DNA of 60,780 bases, filler included, from Nitrospinae bacterium RIFCSPLOWO2_12_FULL_45_22 (GTDB lineage: Bacteria > 2-12-FULL-45-22): NCBI GenBank assembly GCA_001803565.1. It is 5 parts of 5 records of this genome, joined end to end, with 100 filler letters (N's around TTAATTAATTAA, not from the genome) between each part and the next. Parts side by side here need not be neighbours in the genome. Positions count along the whole stretch, not along the records: positions 17,188 to 31,049 come from MHDQ01000276.1; positions 31,150 to 49,229 come from MHDQ01000277.1; 3 more parts are not named here. One strand, 5' to 3'. The notes beneath the pieces are model-generated. The model made no database searches, was not told where the DNA came from, and saw nothing but the letters and a program-made list of their open reading frames with translations. The position numbers and the translations under genes are program-made. Positions 28,387 to 38,125 of the stretch are shown in pieces (within the stretch, counting starts at the first letter, position 1; each line of letters begins with the position of its first letter).

Positions 28387-29512
28387 AGGCTCAGGAAGAA
28401 GTATCACTGCTTCTACCTGGCAACGGCCAAAGAGTCATGGCGACTTTTTATTGCTTGCCGGAACTATTGGCCTATTAGTGATAGGTTGGATTATGGTATA
28501 CAGTTCTAGCGCTATCATTGCCTGGGATAATTATCACAACCCTTATCTTTTTTTAAAGAGGCACTCTTTCCATCTAATTATTGCCCTTATGGCTATGGCG
28601 CTAGCAATAAAATTTGATTATTTGAGTATCAGGAGATTGACCTATCCCTTATTAGCCCTCAGCCTGCTCCTTCTTTTAGCTGTGCTGGTCTCACCCTGGG
28701 GCAAGGAGGCCGGTGGCGCTCGGCGATGGTTAGCCCTGGGCACACTATCTTTTCAACCCTCAGAACTGAGTAAATTGACCTTGATAATTTATCTGGCCCA
28801 TTCCTTAACCAAAAAGATGGGGCGCTTAAAAGAATTTACGTATGGCTACCTGCCAAATTTTATTATCATTGGTCTATTCTGCGCCCTGATACTACTTCAA
28901 CCTGATCTGGGTACTGCCTTATTCCTACTGATGATAGGCTGCCTGTTATGCTTCATAGCGGGGACCCCTCTCTCCTACCTCTTTTATGCGGCTCTATTCT
29001 GCCTCCCGTTCATCATTCTAGCTCTCTTCAAGGCCGAGTTTCGCCGGCAGCGCCTATCGGTCTTCCTGAACCCCTGGAACGATCCTCTAAATAACGGCTA
29101 TCAAATAACCCAATCATTCCTGGCCCTGGGGAGTGGTGGGTTATGGGGTATGGGGCTAGGACAAGGCAGACAGAAGCTGTTCTATCTGCCCGACCCCCAT
29201 ACTGATTTTGTCTTTTCGATTATTGGTGAAGAGCTTGGCTTTATAGGCGTATTAGGGATCATATTTTTACTGGGATTATTGGTCTGGCGGGGGTTTCGGA
29301 CAGCCTTTAGACTCCCAGATATCTATGGCCAATTATTAGCTACGGGGATCATATTATCTATCGCCATACAAAGTTCTATTAATCTTGGTGTAGTAGTTGG
29401 ATTACTACCCATTAAGGGGCTCCCTTTTCCCTTTATCAGTTTAGGTGGGACCTCCTTATTGGTGAATATGGTGGGTATAGGGATATTATGGAACATGAGC
29501 AAACAAATATAA
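28337..29512 (+). CDS. ftsW: SEDS peptidoglycan polymerase FtsW (start uncertain)
   Basis: GARRW, FQPSEL, QPDLGT, GYQITQS, LPDPHTDF. Confidence 0.93.
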   Translation, partial: TMLSEATVLSSSYGHYEGSGRSITASTWQRPKSHGDFLLLAGTIGLLVIGWIMVYSSSAIIAWDNYHNPYLFLKRHSFHLIIALMAMALAIKFDYLSIRRLTYPLLALSLLLLLAVLVSPWGKEAGGARRWLALGTLSFQPSELSKLTLIIYLAHSLTKKMGRLKEFTYGYLPNFIIIGLFCALILLQPDLGTALFLLMIGCLLCFIAGTPLSYLFYAALFCLPFIILALFKAEFRRQRLSVFLNPWNDPLNNGYQITQSFLALGSGGLWGMGLGQGRQKLFYLPDPHTDFVFSIIGEELGFIGVLGIIFLLGLLVWRGFRTAFRLPDIYGQLLATGIILSIAIQSSINLGVVVGLLPIKGLPFPFISLGGTSLLVNMVGIGILWNMSKQI

Positions 29513-29551
29513 GTCATTAGTCACCAATCATTTGTTCTTTATTAATGACCA

Positions 29552-30661
29552 ATGACCAAAATGAAGATGGTTATAGCTGGTGGTGGCACAGGGGGCCATA
29601 TCTTCCCCGGTATAGCGGTGGCAAAAGAATTTTTGAAGCATGACCCGGGCAATGCAGTATTGTTTTTAGGTACCGCTAAAGGGTTGGAGAGAGATATTGT
29701 GCCCCAGGAGGGCCTTCCCTTTAAGACTGTTAAAGTAGAAGGGCTGACCGGGAAACCTGTGGGGAAGAAGATTATAAGTCTCATGAAGCTCCCTATTGCC
29801 CTGGGCCAGTCTTTATGGATCCTTTTGAGTTATAAGCCCGATATTGTTCTAGGCGTGGGAGGATATGTGGCCGGGCCAGTGATGATAGCTGCTTTTTTAT
29901 TAAACATCCCACGAATTATCCAGGAGCAGAATCTGATCCCCGGGCTAACGAATAAAGTTTTGGGTCGGTTAGTGAATGGGATTGCTATCTCTTTTCCTGA
30001 ATCAGCCAGTTGCTTCCCGGTCGGCAAGACACAATTAACCGGCAACCCCATAAGAGAGGGGCTTTATCAGCGGATAGATGAAGAGAGAGGGGTTAAGGCT
30101 ACCGGGGCAGTCCCTTTCACTATCTTTGTATTTGGTGGCAGCCAGGGTGCGCATCAGATAAACCTGGCTCTTATAGAAAGCCTGGATTATCTGAGAGAAA
30201 TCAAAGGCTCTTTATATTTCATCCATCAGACCGGTAAGCAAGATTATCTATTAGTAGAAAGAGGGTATCAGGAGCAGGGCTTTTCTGCTCAGGTATTCCC
30301 TTTTGTCTATGATATGCCAGAGAAATATCAGGAAGCAGACCTGGTGATCTGTAGGGCTGGCGCTACAACAGTAGCAGAATTGACCGCTATAGGGAAACCG
30401 GCGGTCCTGATCCCTTATCCTTATGCTGCCCATAACCACCAGGAGATCAATGCGCGGGCTTTAAAAGAACATGGTGCAGCGGAACTGATCCTGAGCCGCG
30501 ACCTTACGGCTGAGATGTTGGCTAACACCATCATCGCCCTCTGGCAGAACCCGCACAGGCTGAAAGAAATGAGCAATAAGGCCCGGCAGATGGGTAGGCC
30601 AGAGGCCGCCCGCCAAGTGGTCGAGCTAATCTATCAAATTCTGAAAACCAAAAAGTCGTAG
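29552..30661 (+). CDS. murG: Lipid II GlcNAc transferase
   Basis: GGGTGGHIFP, GGSQGA, RAGATTVAE. Confidence 0.97.
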   Translation: MTKMKMVIAGGGTGGHIFPGIAVAKEFLKHDPGNAVLFLGTAKGLERDIVPQEGLPFKTVKVEGLTGKPVGKKIISLMKLPIALGQSLWILLSYKPDIVLGVGGYVAGPVMIAAFLLNIPRIIQEQNLIPGLTNKVLGRLVNGIAISFPESASCFPVGKTQLTGNPIREGLYQRIDEERGVKATGAVPFTIFVFGGSQGAHQINLALIESLDYLREIKGSLYFIHQTGKQDYLLVERGYQEQGFSAQVFPFVYDMPEKYQEADLVICRAGATTVAELTAIGKPAVLIPYPYAAHNHQEINARALKEHGAAELILSRDLTAEMLANTIIALWQNPHRLKEMSNKARQMGRPEAARQVVELIYQILKTKKS

Positions 30662-30918
30662 CCATTTACCCTTTCGTGTGTAAGGAAGGGGGATATGGGG
30701 AGATAGTGGAGATAAGGAGATGACATATCAAGGAGATAGGCTTACCGAGGTAATAATTCAACGGCCCATCGATATACCCTGCACTATTATGGTGCGGGGT
30801 ATACCATCTCCCTATCCCCGGAATCTCCATATCTCCTTTCTTACACAAGTGAACGGTTACAGAAAAAGAATAACTATCTAGGTGAATCTGTGAAAAATCT
30901 GCGTCCTAAATAAATAAT

Positions 30919-31049
30919 ATGCTTTTTAAGAACATGCAACATATACATTTTGTAGGAATTGGTGGCATAGGCATGAGTGGTCTGGCCGAAGTCTTATTAA
31001 ATCTGGGCTATCAAATAAGTGGCTCTGACCTGGTAGATACCTCCCTTAC
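30919..31049 (+). CDS. murC: UDP-MurNAc:L-Ala ligase, 5' fragment
   Basis: [17 protein letters not shown]; cut by the contig end. Confidence 0.92.
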
Positions 31050-31165
31050 NNNNNNNNNNNNNNNNNNNNNNNNNNNNNNNNNNNNNNNNNNNNTTAATTA
31101 ATTAANNNNNNNNNNNNNNNNNNNNNNNNNNNNNNNNNNNNNNNNNNNNTCCCCAAGGTATTAGA

Positions 31166-32647
31166 TTGAATAATCTCAGTTGTTCCATCTTCGGGCTGAT
31201 GCTAGTGGCCTCACTTTTTCTCAGAGTCTGTCCGGTTAGGGCAGCTTGGCAAGTAGTAACTGTTGACAACCCCCCCCTCCCCCCTACCAATACAGGTTGG
31301 TATACTTCAATAGATGTAGATAGTAAAAACCATCCCCACATAAGCTATTTAGATTACACTAATTATGATTTGAAGTACGGCTATTTTGATGGAGACAAAT
31401 GGAATTTTCAAATTGTGGATGCTGAAGGGTCTGTCGGGTGGCACTCCTCCCTGGAGTTAGACAGTCATGACCAGCCCCACATTGCCTATTTGGATTCTAT
31501 AAATAGTACTCTCAAATATGCTTCCTTCGATGGTAAATCCTGGACTACTGAGACTATTGATAGTGGTGGAGCAGTGGGAGGGATTTCTCTTGCCTTGGAT
31601 AGTAACGATCGGCCGCATATAAGCTACCAAGGAAGCGGCAATGCATATCTGGAATATATCTATTATGATGGGAGAAGTTGGGTAAAAAAAACCGTAGACA
31701 GTAGTGTCAGCATAGGGGATTTTACCTCTCTTGATCTCGATTGGTTGAGCAATTACCCGGCTATCGTCTACTTTGATAGAGATAGTTATAGCCTTAAGTA
31801 TGCCCAGTTCGATGGCAACTCCTGGAACATCGGGACTGATCAGAGTGGCGAGGCTGCCTGGTATCCCTCTCTGGCCTTAGATAGTAATAACCACCCTCAC
31901 ATAAGCTATTATGACGTTACTGGTCAAAACCTTAAATATATCCACTTTGATGGTTCTGCCTGGTACAGAGAGGCAGTTGATACTGTGGGGAATGTAGGAT
32001 GGTTCACTTCTATCGCCGTAGATAATAACAATAGTCCGCATATAAGCTATTTAGATCATACTAATTTTTTCTTAAAATATGCAACCAAATCAGGAGGAGC
32101 CTGGGCAGTTACCACCGTAGATGACACCAGTTTTGTAGGGTGGTATAGCTCCATAGCGATAGATGCTACAGGGAGGTTACACATCAGCTACCATGGGGCT
32201 AGCGATACAGAACTTAAATATGCTTTACTTCTGGGGAATGCCACCATTACCATAAGCAGCAATAAGGACAGCTATTCCCCCGGGGATACACTTAGTCTTT
32301 CACTTAGTATTGATAATCCCACCTCAGGTATTGCCCAGGCGGTTGATATCTTCCTGGGTATCATAATCACTGATGGCTCTATCTATTTCTTCAATTCCTC
32401 TCTAGCCAACCTGATACCATCTCAGTTAAATAATCCCAAGACCTTTACAGCGGCCAAGACTTCTCTGGCACTGAATCCAGGAGATTCTCTTTCTCGGACA
32501 CCTTTCTTTTCGGTAACGCTACCTCCAGGCTTACCTGAGGGTACTTATCACGCATTTGCTGCCTTAGCTGAGCCGGGATCTGTTCAGGCAGGTTCTCCTA
32601 AGATTATTGGGGATATTAGTATTATCTCATTCAGTTATACTCCTTAG
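31166..32647 (+). CDS. Secreted beta-propeller-like repeat protein with a C-terminal beta-sandwich domain
   Basis: Signal peptide; about 7 repeats of S(L/I)xxDxxxxPHISY...LKY. Confidence 0.8.
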   Translation: MNNLSCSIFGLMLVASLFLRVCPVRAAWQVVTVDNPPLPPTNTGWYTSIDVDSKNHPHISYLDYTNYDLKYGYFDGDKWNFQIVDAEGSVGWHSSLELDSHDQPHIAYLDSINSTLKYASFDGKSWTTETIDSGGAVGGISLALDSNDRPHISYQGSGNAYLEYIYYDGRSWVKKTVDSSVSIGDFTSLDLDWLSNYPAIVYFDRDSYSLKYAQFDGNSWNIGTDQSGEAAWYPSLALDSNNHPHISYYDVTGQNLKYIHFDGSAWYREAVDTVGNVGWFTSIAVDNNNSPHISYLDHTNFFLKYATKSGGAWAVTTVDDTSFVGWYSSIAIDATGRLHISYHGASDTELKYALLLGNATITISSNKDSYSPGDTLSLSLSIDNPTSGIAQAVDIFLGIIITDGSIYFFNSSLANLIPSQLNNPKTFTAAKTSLALNPGDSLSRTPFFSVTLPPGLPEGTYHAFAALAEPGSVQAGSPKIIGDISIISFSYTP

Positions 32648-32904
32648 TGGTCATGGATATTGCCCTTGATAAAAGCCCCATTAATGGGGCAGGCCAGGAA
32701 ATAAGCGGTATACGCAGACAATCCCCCGCTCCCGAGGCTCTAGCCTGCCCTTCTACTTTTGTTTTTCACCCTAACCCAAATTTCGGGGTATTTCAGGGGT
32801 CTAAATGGCCAAAACAAATTAGGTGATTTAATTGCCTAATAACTCAATAACCCGTTGTAGGGTTACTTATCATGAGAAGTCTGTGCAAATAATATCTCCC
32901 TTTT

Positions 32905-32943
32905 TATGAAATAAATTACCCAAATAGGGTAATCAAAAACCCA
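32905..32943. promoter_or_regulatory. Tandem 18-bp upstream activator sites
   Basis: TATGAAATAAATTACCCA-aat-AGGGTAATCAAAAACCCA, 91 bp from the -24 GG. Confidence 0.6.
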
Positions 32944-33032
32944 AATTTAGTAAAATATTGAATCAAGAGAGGTAGGGTTAAAATATCGAAAACTCCGACA
33001 GACAACGGATAATCTATAAAGAGATAATAAAT

Positions 33033-33048
33033 TGGCACATATTTTGCC
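33033..33048 (+). promoter_or_regulatory. sigma54 -24/-12 promoter
   Basis: TGGCACATATTTTGCC (GG-N10-GC). Confidence 0.75.
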
Positions 33049-33118
33049 CAAATTAAGTGTAATATAGTGCGTGAGAAACGGACTATTATTCCTATTTCTG
33101 AAAACATGGGGGGGTCAG

Positions 33119-35653
33119 ATGAGGAAATTTACTGTATTCAGTTTTTTTGTTTTCACTTTTTTGATGGGAAGTCTTATTGTAGTTAATCTTGCTAGTGTAC
33201 CTGGTAGAGAGATCGGCGATCTTTCATCTGCTATACCACTACCAACAGCGCGGCACCTTTTCCCCTACGCTTCAATAGGTTCTCCTGTGATGAGCTTTGA
33301 TCCTTCTCAGGCCAAGCCGATTGGTGTAGGTGCCGCGGCTAAAGGCGGCTATTTCTTCAGTTTATATGTAAGCCTTGCCGAATGTATGGCCCCCGTGGAC
33401 ATATATTTAGGGTTCTACGCCATCACCAGAGATCCGGATAACTTATTTTTCCTGAATCAGAACGGAGATTTTCAAGCTGTTTCAATTCAGACTGTTTTTG
33501 AGGATCTGGTGCCATGGAAGCAGAACGTATCCGGACCTGTAGTTGAGGAATTATTTAACAACATCCCAATGTCCTTAATTCCTCCGGGCGATTACTTATT
33601 TTTTTTATTGGTCTCGCCACCAGGAGATATCGAGAGTTACTACCTATGGATGACCGAATTTAATGTTCCAGTGCCGGGAGATGGAGACGACGGCCAAAGT
33701 GAACCCGGAAAAAATAATCGCCCAACATTGGATCGAGTGGATGCGACGCGGATCACCCTGTCTTTCGGCCGCGAAGAAGGCCAGCGATCCGAGGGGGTGG
33801 CCAGTCGTCCGGGTTTTGCTGAGCTCCTGTTCAATCCGGATGGGACAGATAAGTTAGCACGGCAGATAACGCTGGACTTGAATAATGATGGCAAGCCGGA
33901 TGCGCTAACCGACCCGGGACAGCCCGGTAATCCTATTGTAGCCGCGGCGGCTGGTATTCCAAGCTGTTGCACCCTGCTGGTCGCGGAAGGGGCATTTGAC
34001 CCGGACGGAGATCCTATCGTATACCAATGGGATTTTCCCACAGGCGGGACCTTCTATTCTACCGGGCCGGAAGGCTCTGGTGGCATTCCGGCCGGTGCGG
34101 TAATTCCCTTTAGTGCACTTAGAAACTACAACCGTAACAGCATCATTTGGGATCCCGACAATATCGGTTATCCGGTCCTTGATGAGGCATTGATGGGTGG
34201 AGTTACCAGGATAAACGTCCGGGTAAAGGATGTTCCCCCGACCGGTTCTTTCCTCGCCAGCGGCTGGGAGGATGTCGCTTTGGATTACCATGGAGCTATC
34301 CGCCCGGAGGTTAAGGTTTTAAAGTGTAAACCTATTCCGGAGAACGATCCCAACTTCCCCCCTGAATATTGGGGTGGAATGGAAGTAATCTATTTTGCAG
34401 AGATCTTTAATAACTTTGAATCGGTCGTCGATACAACATTCCGGGTAGACTGCAGAAACGATATCGGTCTTGATAGTACCATATTTGATGTGTCTGGCGC
34501 GGCCACCGGTGGCATACTTTTGAATGAGTACGGGAGAGGATGTCCTTATGCACTTAGAACGGAGATGCCTGGGTACGAGCTGGCGCGGGTTAATGTCGTG
34601 GCTAGCTCCCTTGGACCAGCCGTTGCTACCAACCCGTTCATATATGAAATTGGTGGAATTCCTTTTATCATGGACATCTTCGATACCAAAGGATGTGCCA
34701 TAGGGGACACTGAAGTCAACAACTCATGTCCTGAAAATTCCCCATGTGACTTTACCCTGGAGATTACGGCGGACCCGGTTGACCCTGAGCCCGGTGAAGA
34801 TGTGGTGGTTAGGGTGTGTACCGTTCCTTCACAAGAGGGTGTGAATCTCCTTTTCAAAGTTGAAGGAGTGACGGGTGGTTCCAGCAAATTAAATCACTCT
34901 ACCACAGATTCCAGTGGTTGCGCCGATTTCCTTATCCCGGATGTCGAGGAAGATGAAGAATATAAGGTGACAGTTAAAGCGCCAAACTGTGACCCAGAGG
35001 TTTTTGCCTCGACTTCTATTAAGGTAAAGGAGTCTAATAATATCCCGGTAGCTAATAATCAGACAGTGACTACGAAAGAAGGTAAAGCAGTAGCCATTAC
35101 CCTGACCGGGAGTGACCCTGATGGGGATACCTTGACCTATGCGGTGGTGAAGCAACCTGCTAATGGGAGCTTGAGCGGCACTGCTCCTAACCTGACCTAT
35201 ACCCCCAAGGCCAATTTCTCTGGTTCTGACTCCTTTACCTTCACGGTTAATGATGGGCAAGTAGATAGCAACGTAGCCACGGTGAATATAACGGTAGAGC
35301 GGGCTCCGGAAGAGTTTCTGGTTTGGTACACAGAGAATGTTACCTGCTGGAATGCGCCTTATATTTTTGTCTCCAATCGGAACGGGTTTGAGACGCCCCG
35401 ACCACGTTGTAGTTTCGGTGGAGGCGGTCTATGTGGCACGCCAAGCGGAGACCAAGAAGCCATTAAGGTCAAGATGCAGGGCGGTTTTTCATCATCAAGC
35501 GAGGCGGGGGACTGGATCTGTAATCAATTTACGGGAAGATACTATCACTACTGGTGTGGATTCCTGGCACCGGGTCAGCTCCTTATCGGCCAAACTCCCT
35601 ATATGTCAGGGAATCTTGGGTGCGACTGGAGCAAAGTCCCTGTCATTGATTGA
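33119..35653 (+). CDS. Large secreted multidomain, Cys-rich protein with an Ig-like (Big_9-type) domain
   Basis: Signal/TM N-terminus MRKFTVFSFF; NNIPVANNQTVTT...DPDGDTLTY...GSDSFTFTVNDG module; Cys-rich C-terminus. Confidence 0.8.
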   Translation: MRKFTVFSFFVFTFLMGSLIVVNLASVPGREIGDLSSAIPLPTARHLFPYASIGSPVMSFDPSQAKPIGVGAAAKGGYFFSLYVSLAECMAPVDIYLGFYAITRDPDNLFFLNQNGDFQAVSIQTVFEDLVPWKQNVSGPVVEELFNNIPMSLIPPGDYLFFLLVSPPGDIESYYLWMTEFNVPVPGDGDDGQSEPGKNNRPTLDRVDATRITLSFGREEGQRSEGVASRPGFAELLFNPDGTDKLARQITLDLNNDGKPDALTDPGQPGNPIVAAAAGIPSCCTLLVAEGAFDPDGDPIVYQWDFPTGGTFYSTGPEGSGGIPAGAVIPFSALRNYNRNSIIWDPDNIGYPVLDEALMGGVTRINVRVKDVPPTGSFLASGWEDVALDYHGAIRPEVKVLKCKPIPENDPNFPPEYWGGMEVIYFAEIFNNFESVVDTTFRVDCRNDIGLDSTIFDVSGAATGGILLNEYGRGCPYALRTEMPGYELARVNVVASSLGPAVATNPFIYEIGGIPFIMDIFDTKGCAIGDTEVNNSCPENSPCDFTLEITADPVDPEPGEDVVVRVCTVPSQEGVNLLFKVEGVTGGSSKLNHSTTDSSGCADFLIPDVEEDEEYKVTVKAPNCDPEVFASTSIKVKESNNIPVANNQTVTTKEGKAVAITLTGSDPDGDTLTYAVVKQPANGSLSGTAPNLTYTPKANFSGSDSFTFTVNDGQVDSNVATVNITVERAPEEFLVWYTENVTCWNAPYIFVSNRNGFETPRPRCSFGGGGLCGTPSGDQEAIKVKMQGGFSSSSEAGDWICNQFTGRYYHYWCGFLAPGQLLIGQTPYMSGNLGCDWSKVPVID

Positions 35654-35849
35654 TAAAGAAGGGATACGTACTTATTTTCTCCCCTTTCAAAGGATGAAAA
35701 AGCGGGTTCCCCGAAATATTCAAGACCCGTATTATCACATCTAAACTTTTTCCACTGAGCCCAGAGAATTGTGGGGCTCGTTCCCTATATTTAACTATAT
35801 ATCCCAGTAGAGCGTTTCATAAAAAAGTATACAATAAAAACTTGTATTA

Positions 35850-35935
35850 GCCACAAAGGCACTAAGGCACAAAGAGTTATTTTTTTCCTTTAAAAACAAT
35901 GAATTAGAAATTTTGTGTCTTTGTGACTTCGTGGC
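35850..35935. repeat. Palindromic element GCCACAAAGGCACTAAGGCACAAAG...TTGTGTCTTTGTGACTTCGTGGC
   Basis: Same arm family as at 2807-2830, inside the 13986 MITE, and at 36003-36022. Confidence 0.65.
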
Positions 35936-36081
35936 AAAGACTTGGTTACGCATTGCAAACATTTTAATGAAACGTTACACTAGTAACCTAATGACCTAAA
36001 TTGCCTTTGTGTGCCTTAGTAGTAGCACCCAGAGCTTTGGGTGCTGCGGTGAACGGTTACAAAAAAAGGGGGGGGAGGCAA

Positions 36082-36876
36082 ATGGAGGAAAAAAAGTTCG
36101 CCACCGTTATTCTTACCCGGAAGGATCATCTGGGCATTGTCACAATGAATAGACCAGAAAAGTTGAATGCCTTAAGCCCAGAGCTAATAGAAGACCTGGT
36201 AAAGGCCCTGCACGAAGTGGCGCGAGACGCTGCTATCAGGGCTGTAATCATCACCGGTGCTGGCCGATCATTCAGTGCTGGTGGTGATGTTCAGAAGGAT
36301 ATCTTGCCCCTTCGGGACAAGAGCCCTACAGAGTTTAATACTTATATGGAACAGGCTGTGGTAATGTACAAGTTATTAATAGAAATGGAAAAGCCTGTCA
36401 TCGCTGCGATAAATGGCTATGTGGTCGGTGCTGGTCTGGATTTTGCCATGGCGTGCGATATTAGAATTGCTGCGGAAGATGCCAAGTTAGGCGAGTTTTT
36501 TGTAAAGATGTGTCTTACCCCAGAGATTGGCATCTATCTTATGCCCCGGTTAATAGGGCTGGGAAAGGCTAAGCTCCTATCCTTCACCGGTGATCTGATA
36601 GATGCCAGGGAGGCCGAGCGGATTGGGTTAGTAGATATGGTGGTGCCACCGGATAAATTAATGTCATCGGCTGAAGACCTGGGTAAGAGGCTGGCGGAGG
36701 GGCCAAAGGCCATCGGTCTTATTAAAAGGGGGTTCAATGAATCCCTCAGGATGACCATTGATTCTGCCCTGGATTATGTATCCCGAATCCAATATCAATT
36801 GGTACATACCGAGGATCATAAAGAAGCCGTTGCCTCATGGTTAGAAAAGAGACCTCCGGTCTTTAAAGGTAGATAA
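36082..36876 (+). CDS. Enoyl-CoA hydratase/isomerase family protein
   Basis: MNRPEKLNAL, FSAGGD, KPVIAAING, ACDIRIA. Confidence 0.93.
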   Translation: MEEKKFATVILTRKDHLGIVTMNRPEKLNALSPELIEDLVKALHEVARDAAIRAVIITGAGRSFSAGGDVQKDILPLRDKSPTEFNTYMEQAVVMYKLLIEMEKPVIAAINGYVVGAGLDFAMACDIRIAAEDAKLGEFFVKMCLTPEIGIYLMPRLIGLGKAKLLSFTGDLIDAREAERIGLVDMVVPPDKLMSSAEDLGKRLAEGPKAIGLIKRGFNESLRMTIDSALDYVSRIQYQLVHTEDHKEAVASWLEKRPPVFKGR

Positions 36877-37192
36877 AAAAACCGTGCCTGTTTTTTTGGG
36901 ATTTTGGAATCACCTTGGTATAAGTATTTGGTTTTATTGAAGTTTTACCCCTGCCAAAATGGTAGGCAATCTAAGCTTTTTTCATCAACAAAGGGGATTA
37001 ATTAACCTTATTCACAAGGTATTCCACAGAATAATCACAGCCTTAGTTGAAAATCAATATATGGCAGTATTTACTCCTTTATTGTCAAAATATTGGTCTT
37101 ACCCTTTAGTATCTCTCCGCTAATCCCTTTAGAGGAACTCAAATGGCTGGAGATGCGCCCATTAGGGGAAAAGAAATTGGCGCAATAAGATT

Positions 37193-38050
37193 ATGACCGA
37201 GGGGAAAATGGTGCGGGTAAGTGTCATAATCCCTACTCATAACCGGGCCGGGCTGCTCCAGGAGGCCATAGAATCGGTCCTGGCACAAGATTTTACTGAT
37301 TACGAGCTCATTGTAGTAGATGATGGTTCCAGCGATAATACCCACCAGGTCATAGGGCCTTATGCGGCCTCATTATGCTATGTCTATCAGGAAAACCGTG
37401 GTGTTAGCGCTGCCAGAAACCGTGGTATATCTCTAGCTAAAGGGGAATTTATAGCCTTCCTGGACTCTGATGATCTATGGCTGAAGAAGAAACTCAGCCG
37501 TCAGTTAGCTTTCTTTGAAGCTAATCCCTTTGCCCAAGTCTGTTATACAGAAGAGGTCTGGTATCGCCATGGCCGACGAGTAAACCCCAAACTGAAACAT
37601 CGTAAATATAGCGGTTGGATCTTTGAACAATCCTTACCCCTCTGCATAGTTTCCCCTTCCTCGGTAATGCTTCGGCGGGAGACTCTGGATAAGGTAGGTT
37701 TATTTGATGAAACCCTACCGGTTTGTGAGGATTATGACATGTGGCTTCGGCTAGCCAGGGACTATCCTATCTATCTTATCGAGGAGCCCTTGATCATTAA
37801 ACGAAACGGCCATCCCGGCCAACTCACGCAACAATACTGGGGCTTGGACCGCTTCCGGCTTCAATCCCTGGAAAAGCTCCTACAAAATGGCCTGCCACCC
37901 AAGCATAGAAGACTGGTATTAGACCAGATAATTAGCCGCTGTCGTATATTGGCTAAAGGTTTTTTTAAGCGGGGTAAGCTCGCTGCTGGGATATATTATA
38001 CCTTTAAGTTATACAAATGCCATTCCTTGCAGTTGAATGACTTACAGTAG
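37193..38050 (+). CDS. Family 2 glycosyltransferase
   Basis: VSVIIPTHNR, VVDDGS, FLDSDD, CEDYDMWLR. Confidence 0.92.
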   Translation: MTEGKMVRVSVIIPTHNRAGLLQEAIESVLAQDFTDYELIVVDDGSSDNTHQVIGPYAASLCYVYQENRGVSAARNRGISLAKGEFIAFLDSDDLWLKKKLSRQLAFFEANPFAQVCYTEEVWYRHGRRVNPKLKHRKYSGWIFEQSLPLCIVSPSSVMLRRETLDKVGLFDETLPVCEDYDMWLRLARDYPIYLIEEPLIIKRNGHPGQLTQQYWGLDRFRLQSLEKLLQNGLPPKHRRLVLDQIISRCRILAKGFFKRGKLAAGIYYTFKLYKCHSLQLNDLQ

Positions 38051-38125
38051 GTTATTTCCAGATAAGGTGACATCCGTGACGAAACCGCATTGTTTGGTAC
38101 TGAACTTGATCTGCGAAGAATAGAA

